Notes under the pieces: model-generated
Told to the model about the DNA's origin: nothing
The model's input: the letters and a program-made list of their open reading frames with translations, nothing else
Database searches by the model: none
Part shown: in pieces, positions 7,271 to 13,678 of the stretch
Layout of the letters: the number at the start of each line of letters is the position of its first letter
How positions within the stretch are numbered: the stretch's first letter is position 1
Assembly (NCBI GenBank): GCA_038883715.1
Contig: JAVZLS010000018.1
Location: forward strand, 1-19,891
Length of the DNA: 19,891 nt
From: Candidatus Bathyarchaeia archaeon
GTDB taxonomy: Archaea > Thermoproteota > Bathyarchaeia > Bathyarchaeales > Bathycorpusculaceae
Direction of reading: 5' to 3'
Position numbers and translations under genes: made by a program

Positions 7271-8146
7271 TCAGCCTATTTTTTCTAAAACTTTGTCGAT
7301 TTTTATCTTGTGGAAGTCTAGTGCGAGTTCTTTTGGTTCCACTCCTAGGCTTAGGCTTAACAGCTCGGCGTAGTGGATTATTGGCATGTTGTACTCTTCC
7401 TTGTAGGTGGTTTTTATCAGCATTTGTCCAAGGTCTAGGGTTAGGAAGCAGAAGGGACACAGTGTTGATATGCAGTCTGCCCCAGCGTTGTAGGCGTTTA
7501 CAATTTTGTCTCTTGCTATGGCTAGCGCCACGTCGTCTGCATAGCCTCTTAGGAGTCCTCCACAGCATCGCAGCTTATTCTTATATGGTATGCTTTTGGC
7601 TCCCAAAGCCTCTATCAGGGTGTCGAATATGCGGGGGCGTTCCGGATCATCAAAGCGTAGGAGTTCGCTTGGGCGTAGTAGGTGGCATCCTGAAAAGGCA
7701 GCTACCTTAAGATTGTTTAACGGTTTGACGATGCTTTGTCTTAAGCGGTTTACGCCTATATCGTTCATTAAGACCTGTAGGTAATGCTTAACCTCTTTTA
7801 TGCCTTTAAACTCCTTGCCAGTGTTGGCCAAAATCTTATTGACCTTTTCACGCAGTTCCGGCTTTTCTTTTAATAGGCGATTTGCAATTGTTAGGGATTC
7901 AAAGCATCCAGTGCAAAGCGTGAGTATGTTTAGATCTGCTTCTTCCGCTAGGCAAATGTTGTAGGCGGCTATTGCCAAGCTTGTTTCCAAGTCTATTGAC
8001 TGAAGCGGTGGTGGTGCGCAACACGTTGCGCCTTCCATGTCCACAAGTTCTATTCCAAGCTTTGTTAGGGCTTTTCTTGCTGCGAGTTCGTAGTGGGGCT
8101 GGCGGGCTGGTATTGTGCAGCCCAAAAATAGGGCGTAGCTTGTCAT
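7271..8146 (-). CDS. hdrB: Heterodisulfide reductase subunit B family (two CCG domains)
   Basis: FLGCTIP...TCCAP...TLCTGCF and GCHLLRP...CCGG...LCPFCF. ATGA overlap with hdrC. Confidence 0.93.
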   Translation of the reverse strand: MTSYALFLGCTIPARQPHYELAARKALTKLGIELVDMEGATCCAPPPLQSIDLETSLAIAAYNICLAEEADLNILTLCTGCFESLTIANRLLKEKPELREKVNKILANTGKEFKGIKEVKHYLQVLMNDIGVNRLRQSIVKPLNNLKVAAFSGCHLLRPSELLRFDDPERPRIFDTLIEALGAKSIPYKNKLRCCGGLLRGYADDVALAIARDKIVNAYNAGADCISTLCPFCFLTLDLGQMLIKTTYKEEYNMPIIHYAELLSLSLGVEPKELALDFHKIKIDKVLEKIG

Positions 8147-8649
8147 TGTGGTGCACCTTCTTTCTTAAACATGAGTTTGTCAAAACCTCTTGCCGCCAGA
8201 ATCTTTTTAATGGCTTCTATACCCGTCGGCTTTAGCGGTGGCAAGCCGTATTCAGCCCTTTTCTTTTCTAGGAATTTTGATATTGGGGCTAGGCGTCCTT
8301 CGCTCATGAGTCCCGTGGCGAATTCTGTGTATATGGCTGGTATGTTGCCTTCTCGGATGGCTATATTTCTTAAGGCGTATATCACGTCTGCAATCTCGAC
8401 TTTTTGTGGGCAGCGTTCTTGGCAGTTGTAGCATGAGGCGCAAAGCCATATAGCGTCGCCTTTTAGAACCTCGTCTCTCTGTCCCAGTAGGGCTAGTCTT
8501 ATTATTTGGCGGGGGTTGTAGCGCTCGGTTGTTCTTGCGACTGGGCATGTGCTGGCGCATGTGCCGCACTGGTAGCAGCGGGTTATTGTCTCTCCGCCAA
8601 GTCTGCTGGTTATTTCCCTTGCAAAATCACGGAGTTTTTCTTCAGCCAT
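8143..8649 (-). CDS. hdrC: Heterodisulfide reductase subunit C
   Basis: CYQCGTCASTCP and WLCASCYNCQERCPQ. Likely start ATG 8649 after GGGTGAG; alternative GTG 8658. Confidence 0.93.
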   Translation of the reverse strand: MAEEKLRDFAREITSRLGGETITRCYQCGTCASTCPVARTTERYNPRQIIRLALLGQRDEVLKGDAIWLCASCYNCQERCPQKVEIADVIYALRNIAIREGNIPAIYTEFATGLMSEGRLAPISKFLEKKRAEYGLPPLKPTGIEAIKKILAARGFDKLMFKKEGAPQ

Positions 8650-8682
8650 CTTGCTCACCCTTTTTGGAGTGTTCGCTTTAAG

Positions 8683-11103
8683 CTAGGCGAGTTGAAGTGA
8701 GCCTAGCCTTTCCACTTTTTCGGTCATGGCTTTGGCTGCTTCTGCGAATTTGTCGCCTTCTATGAAGACTAGGTTGAACATTTCGAGTCTTTCCGGTTCT
8801 ATGCCATAGGCTTGGAGAAGCGTCTTTGCCATTTCCACCTTTCTTTGGGCTTTTTGACTTCCAACCTCGTAGTGGCATCCGTCAGGCTTGCACCCCACCA
8901 CCATAACGCCTTGGGCTCCAGCCTTAAAGGCTTCGAGAATATGCTGAACTTGGATTATGCCCGTGCATGGAACTCGTAGTACTCTAACGTTGGCTGGGTA
9001 GCTCATCATAGCCATTCCAGAAGAGTCTATTGCTGCGTGGCCACATTCTGAACAGCTGAAAGCAAGAACAAGCGGCTTTGAAGTGCCATTAATAGACAAC
9101 AGCGCCTTTATTTGGGCCGATATTTGACTTGGCTTTAAGTGGCGAAGCTCTATGGCGCCCACTGGGCATGTGCCAACACATACTCCGCAGCCCTCGCATA
9201 AAAGTTCTGAAACCTTAGCCACAAAGTGGCCGTCGCCCTTCGGCTCAAGAGTTATGGCGTTGTATGGGCATGTTACTGGGCAGAACTGGCAATTGCCACA
9301 ATAATCCTCGTTTACAACGGCCACCTTCAAGTCCTTGACTATTTTGCCATTCATAAGGAATTTGGCTGCCTTAACAGCCGCTGAATGGGCATGGAGCGAA
9401 GCTGTTGGGGCATCCTTCGGGAAGACGGCGCCTCCACATATGAATATGCCTCTCCGCTTTGTTTCAGTAGGCCTAAGCTTGGCGTTATACTCCTTAAAGA
9501 AACCGTCTTGGTCCAATTCTATGCCTAGGATTTTCGCCAGCTCCTTTGCGTCTTCAGATGGAACCATGGCTGTGGCTAAAACCACTAGGTCTGCTTCCAA
9601 TTCCAAGAGCCTTCTTAAAAGCTCGTCTTCAACCTCAACAATCAGTGTGTTTGTGGCTGGGTCGTGGATTATTTCGGACGGCCTTCCCTTAACGAATTTT
9701 ATGCCCATTTCCCTTGCTTTCTCATAATAATATTCGTGTTCCCTGCCTGTTGTTCGGATGTCTATGTAGCATATGGTCACGTCGGCGTCTGGATAAGTCT
9801 CTTTAATCAGTGTGGCGTGCTTCAGCGAAATCATACAGCAAATACTCGAGCAGTAGGGGTTCCAGCGTCGGTCCCTTGAGCCTACACACTGCACAAAAAC
9901 AATGCGCTTTGCTGGTTTTCTATCTGAAGGCTTAACTGGCACCCCGCCTGTCGGGCCGAAAGCGTCCAGCATCCTCGCCAATTCCAAATGCGTTATCACG
10001 TCGGGATACTCGCCATAATGATACTCTTTTATGACGCTTGGGTCGTATTCGCGGAAGCCGGTAGCCACAATTATGCTCCCGACGTTAAGTGTCACATGTT
10101 CAGTTTTCTGGTCCAGATTGACGGCTTTTGTTGGGCAAACCTCAACGCATTTGGCGCATTCATGGAACTTGCAGGCTTTGGCGTCTATGGCGTAGGCTGG
10201 CGGGTAAACCAGAGGCCTGTTTATGTAGATTGCTTTCCGCTTTGTGAGCTTGGCGTTATATTCGTCTGGCACTTCGACGGGACAGACGCTTGTACATAGG
10301 TCGCATGCCACACACTTTTTCTCGTCCACATAGCGGGGTTTCCGTTCAACGGTCACCTTGAAGTTCCCCGGGCCTCCCTCAACCTTCACGACTTTAGCGT
10401 TTGTCAAAACACTCAAGTTTGGAATCTCTGAGAAGCCGGAACGGTAAACGCATTTCCTCGATGTTTGGGTCACGGTTTTTAGGTCCGTTGCTGGAGACTG
10501 AATGCATATGGCACAGTCGTCCGTTGGGAAGAAACGGACAGCTTTAGCGGCTAAACCGCCTAAGAAAGGCTCTTTCTCTATCAAGTAGACTTGGAAGCCC
10601 ATGTCCGCCAAGTCTTCGGCTGCCTGCATTCCAGCTATTCCGCCGCCAATAACAAGGATGGATTTGAGGGCTGGGAATTCGGCTTTCTCTATTGGTTCTA
10701 GAAGCTTGGCCTTTTCAATGGCAGCTAGGAGCATTGCCTTAGCCTTTTCAGTAGCCTCTCTCGGCGTGTCCTTGTGGGGCCATGCACAATGGTCCTTTAG
10801 GTCTAAAACCTCCACCAAATGCGGGTTAAGTCCAGCCTCTTCAACAGCTTTCGCGATGGCTATTTCGCTTATTTTTGGTATAGTCTCTGCGACGACGACA
10901 CGGTTTATCTTCTTGGTTTTAATGGCGTCCACCATAGTTTTTAGGCCTTCACCCCGCCAGAACTCGCTTCCCCTAGCGACAAGAGCGACTCCTGGAACAG
11001 TCTTAACAAAGTTTGTTAAGGCTTCAAAATCGAGGATTTTTGCTATTTGCCCACCGCAGTCGGATAGGAAGACTCCAACTTTTGCCTCTTCAACAGTTTT
11101 CAC
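8683..11103 (-). CDS. hdrA: HdrA::MvhD fusion protein (~806 aa)
   Basis: VIGGGIAGMQAA, PTDDCAICI, CVACDLCTSVCP, VQCVGSRD, YCSSICCMISLK, C-terminal 2x[4Fe-4S], then MvhD (FSCSEC...RVPCTG...VGCKPDGCHY...GIEPERL). Start most likely GTG 11103 after AGGAGGG; the 11262 start in the ORF track overlaps mvhA. Confidence 0.92.
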   Translation of the reverse strand: MKTVEEAKVGVFLSDCGGQIAKILDFEALTNFVKTVPGVALVARGSEFWRGEGLKTMVDAIKTKKINRVVVAETIPKISEIAIAKAVEEAGLNPHLVEVLDLKDHCAWPHKDTPREATEKAKAMLLAAIEKAKLLEPIEKAEFPALKSILVIGGGIAGMQAAEDLADMGFQVYLIEKEPFLGGLAAKAVRFFPTDDCAICIQSPATDLKTVTQTSRKCVYRSGFSEIPNLSVLTNAKVVKVEGGPGNFKVTVERKPRYVDEKKCVACDLCTSVCPVEVPDEYNAKLTKRKAIYINRPLVYPPAYAIDAKACKFHECAKCVEVCPTKAVNLDQKTEHVTLNVGSIIVATGFREYDPSVIKEYHYGEYPDVITHLELARMLDAFGPTGGVPVKPSDRKPAKRIVFVQCVGSRDRRWNPYCSSICCMISLKHATLIKETYPDADVTICYIDIRTTGREHEYYYEKAREMGIKFVKGRPSEIIHDPATNTLIVEVEDELLRRLLELEADLVVLATAMVPSEDAKELAKILGIELDQDGFFKEYNAKLRPTETKRRGIFICGGAVFPKDAPTASLHAHSAAVKAAKFLMNGKIVKDLKVAVVNEDYCGNCQFCPVTCPYNAITLEPKGDGHFVAKVSELLCEGCGVCVGTCPVGAIELRHLKPSQISAQIKALLSINGTSKPLVLAFSCSECGHAAIDSSGMAMMSYPANVRVLRVPCTGIIQVQHILEAFKAGAQGVMVVGCKPDGCHYEVGSQKAQRKVEMAKTLLQAYGIEPERLEMFNLVFIEGDKFAEAAKAMTEKVERLGSLQLA

Positions 11104-11134
11104 CCTCGTTTCCCTCCTTTTTCTCCTTACAACT

Positions 11135-12592
11135 TTACCTTTTGATTCTTTGGATGAGCCTTTTCTCGCTGTCATAAATTTCCACCTCCAAAGGCATTTG
11201 GCCAACGGCAAAATGAGTGGCGCATGCGAAACATGGGTCATAAGCCCTAAAGGCCATTTCAATCATGTTTAATATGCCGTCGGTCACTTTGCCCTTCTTG
11301 ATTAAGCCTTTGGCTGCATCCCTAATTGACATGCATATGCCGGGAACATTATGCGTAGTAGCCACAATCAGGTTGACTTTCTTGGCTAGGGCGTTCTCGT
11401 CCAGCTGGTAATGGTGGATAAGCGTTCCACGGGCGGCTTCCACGATGCCCACGCCTTCTCCCGGTTTGCCGGGTTTGTTGCGAATGTTTTTGCTTGTTAT
11501 TTCCGGGTCTGTTACAAGTTCTAGGGCGCGTTCAGCCGCATACAATAATTCAATAAGCCTTGCCCAGTGGTAAGCCAATGTGTTATGAACTGGTTTTCCG
11601 CCTAGTGTGGAGTACATGCGCTCGTATTCGGCTTGGGCTAGGGGTGTTGCCATGCCATCAGCCGCATTAAGTCTTCCAAGAGGACCGACACGGTATACGC
11701 CGTTTTCGGCTCCATCTATGAAGCCTTTCCATCCCACTTTTTTCAGGTATGGAAGTTTAACGTAGGTCCATGGCTCCACACGCTCTTCAATAACGTCCAA
11801 ATACTCTTTAGGTGAGAATTTGACGAATTCGCGTCCGTTGGGGTCTACTACGCGGACGTTTCCGTCGTAGAAGTTTACTTTGTTGTTTTTGTCCACCAAG
11901 CCCATATAGTAGGTTTTGAGCGTGTATGCCTCGCTTTTAATCAGGTCCACGTAGGCGGTGTTTTTCAGAACTATGTCGTCGAAGAGTTTCAGCGAGAACT
12001 TGGCGAATTCTAGGCAGCTTCTTACCATGCGCTCAATTTCTCGGCGCTCTTCTTCTGAGATTGGCCTTGCAAATCCGCCGGGGATGCATGCGCTTACCGG
12101 GTGGGTTGCTTTTCCGCCTAAAATTTCCGTTATTTTTTGGCCATAAGCCCTATGCTTTATAACCTCCTTGCCTATTTCAAGGCCTGCCTTCTCAATGACG
12201 CCTAGAACGTTGCGTTTTTCTGGTGGCGCGTCTGGTCCCACAACAAAGTCGGGGCCGCCAAGATAGTAGAAGTGTAGTGTGTGGTCGTATAGGTAGTAGC
12301 CGCAGTACATAAGCTCGCGGAGTTTTTTAGCTGGCTCTGGCGGTTCAACGTTGAAGGCGGCGTCTAGGGCCTTGGCGCTGGCCATGTGGTGGGCCACTGG
12401 GCATACGCCACATATGCGGGGCGTTATGATGGGCAGATCTTCGGCTCTGCGGCCTTCACAGAATTTTTCGAAGCCGCGGAGTTCCGGGACTTGGAAGTAG
12501 GCTTCGTCCACGTCGCCCTCTTCGTTTAGGAATATGGTTATTTTTCCGTGGCCCTCCAGCCTTGTTATTGGGTTTATAACTATCTCTTTCAT
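11135..12592 (-). CDS. mvhA: [NiFe]-hydrogenase large subunit, MvhA type (group 3c by context)
   Basis: TRLEGHG, RGFEKF, L1 RICGVCPVAH, L2 RAYDPCFACATH followed by a cleavable C-terminal tail; adjacent to hdrA::mvhD. Confidence 0.93.
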   Translation of the reverse strand: MKEIVINPITRLEGHGKITIFLNEEGDVDEAYFQVPELRGFEKFCEGRRAEDLPIITPRICGVCPVAHHMASAKALDAAFNVEPPEPAKKLRELMYCGYYLYDHTLHFYYLGGPDFVVGPDAPPEKRNVLGVIEKAGLEIGKEVIKHRAYGQKITEILGGKATHPVSACIPGGFARPISEEERREIERMVRSCLEFAKFSLKLFDDIVLKNTAYVDLIKSEAYTLKTYYMGLVDKNNKVNFYDGNVRVVDPNGREFVKFSPKEYLDVIEERVEPWTYVKLPYLKKVGWKGFIDGAENGVYRVGPLGRLNAADGMATPLAQAEYERMYSTLGGKPVHNTLAYHWARLIELLYAAERALELVTDPEITSKNIRNKPGKPGEGVGIVEAARGTLIHHYQLDENALAKKVNLIVATTHNVPGICMSIRDAAKGLIKKGKVTDGILNMIEMAFRAYDPCFACATHFAVGQMPLEVEIYDSEKRLIQRIKR

Positions 12593-13539
12593 GGGCGCAT
12601 CACCCTCCTCCTTAGAAGGGAATTAGCCAGAGAATACTTGTAGAAGGTTCCAACAGGGTCAACTACTTGCTGGATGACTTTTGGGTCTGTGGCTATGGAG
12701 GCGAAGGCGCTTATCATGGCTGCGCCTTGGTCTGTCACGCGGGGTGCTGGTCCGCCACACCCGGTGCATGGTATGTTCGCCTTTAGGCATTGGGCGCTGC
12801 ATCCGCCTCTGGTGGCTGGTCCCATGCATATTACGCCTTGGTCTAGGAAGCATGTTTTGTAGTCGTCTTCTATTTCGTAGATTCGTTTTACTTGGGTGAT
12901 TTTGCGGTCTTTCTTTTCTCTTGGGCATTCGTCGCAGACAGACTTGTTGAAGAGGAGGTTTGCACCTTTTGGTGGAAGCTTCCCGCTTAAAATGGCTTCT
13001 AGGGCGTCAATAACCCTTGGCACTGGTGGTGGACAGCCAGAAATGAAGTAGTCTACGTCAACGGTTTGCGCCAAAGTTTTAACGGTGTCATAGAACTCGG
13101 GAAGCTCAAGCTCGCCATGGGGCACTTTAAAACTTGTTTGGGGTGTTACACGCTCGGGATTCCGTGTTGAAGGAGTTTCGAAGTAGGCTCTTTCAAAAAT
13201 TTTCTCTCTATTCCACAAGTTGCCTAAGCCTATTACGCAGCCGTCGCAGGCGCATGAGCCGAAAGCCACAAGCACTTTCGCCTTCTGCCTCAACAGCTTG
13301 GCCATGTATTCTTGTTCGCTGTTTCGGATGGCGCCGTTGAAGAAGCAGACGTTTATGCTTTTGTCGGGCATGGCTTCAACATCCTTATATTTTATGTCCA
13401 TGGCTACGGGCCAAAAAACGATGTCTGCTTTGGCTATTACGTCTAGGATTTTCTCGTTAATGTCTAGAACAGCGATTTCGCATCCGCCACAGCTTGCTGC
13501 CCAATAAAAGGCAAACTTTAGTTTTTTGGGTTTCTCCAT
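12589..13539 (-). CDS. mvhG: [NiFe]-hydrogenase small subunit, MvhG type
   Basis: ASCGGCE, FGSCACDG, SGCPP, VCDECPR, CFLDQGVICMGPATRGGCSAQC...PCTGC. ATG 13539 after GGTGAGGAG; ATGA overlap with mvhA. Confidence 0.93.
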   Translation of the reverse strand: MEKPKKLKFAFYWAASCGGCEIAVLDINEKILDVIAKADIVFWPVAMDIKYKDVEAMPDKSINVCFFNGAIRNSEQEYMAKLLRQKAKVLVAFGSCACDGCVIGLGNLWNREKIFERAYFETPSTRNPERVTPQTSFKVPHGELELPEFYDTVKTLAQTVDVDYFISGCPPPVPRVIDALEAILSGKLPPKGANLLFNKSVCDECPREKKDRKITQVKRIYEIEDDYKTCFLDQGVICMGPATRGGCSAQCLKANIPCTGCGGPAPRVTDQGAAMISAFASIATDPKVIQQVVDPVGTFYKYSLANSLLRRRVMRP

Positions 13540-13563
13540 TCTCCTCACCAGTCATGTATAATT

Positions 13564-13639
13564 TTAATGAAGCTAGATTATTGCAGCTTCTATAATTTAA
13601 ATTTAGCTCATTGAGTAAATAGAAAATATGCTTCATTAA
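13564..13639 (-). promoter_or_regulatory. Putative mvhG operon promoter bracketed by a 10-bp inverted repeat
   Basis: TTAATGAAGC (13564-13573) and GCTTCATTAA (13630-13639) are perfect reverse complements. Between them are a TATA-like TTTAAATTATA (minus strand, ~13591-13601) and the 15-bp motif. Confidence 0.5.
13615..13629 (+). repeat. 15-bp motif GTAAATAGAAAATAT, copy 2
   Basis: Exact match to 5275-5289. Confidence 0.75.
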
Positions 13640-13678
13640 GCTTAATTCAAACTTAAAATAAAATATAGAAGGAGAACG

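Noticed and set aside
7248-7290. 10-bp inverted repeat TTTTAGAAAA / TTTTCTAAAA across the hdrB stop
   Set aside because: Low-complexity AT sequence with one arm inside coding DNA; plausible by chance.
7271-8146. CCA instead of CCG in the first HdrB domain as a sign of inactivation
   Set aside because: All five Cys of each CCG domain are present and the substitution is conservative.
11104-11262. 53-aa N-terminal extension of HdrA::MvhD overlapping mvhA
   Set aside because: A strong SD precedes GTG 11103 and HdrA similarity begins there.
10601-11272. Long antisense ORFs (223 aa here, 238 aa at 19043-19759, 155 aa at 1599-2066 and others)
   Set aside because: They are shadows of well-supported minus-strand genes and show no recognisable motifs.
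1-13539. Selenocysteine recoding in HdrA, MvhD or MvhA
   Set aside because: The usual Sec positions (ASCTPR, DCSMC, GC..DCH, DPCFAC) are ordinary Cys codons and the frames are open with no in-frame TGA.
7271-13539. Evidence for methanogenesis
   Set aside because: Mvh-Hdr complexes are common in non-methanogenic anaerobes and no mcr or mtr genes are visible.
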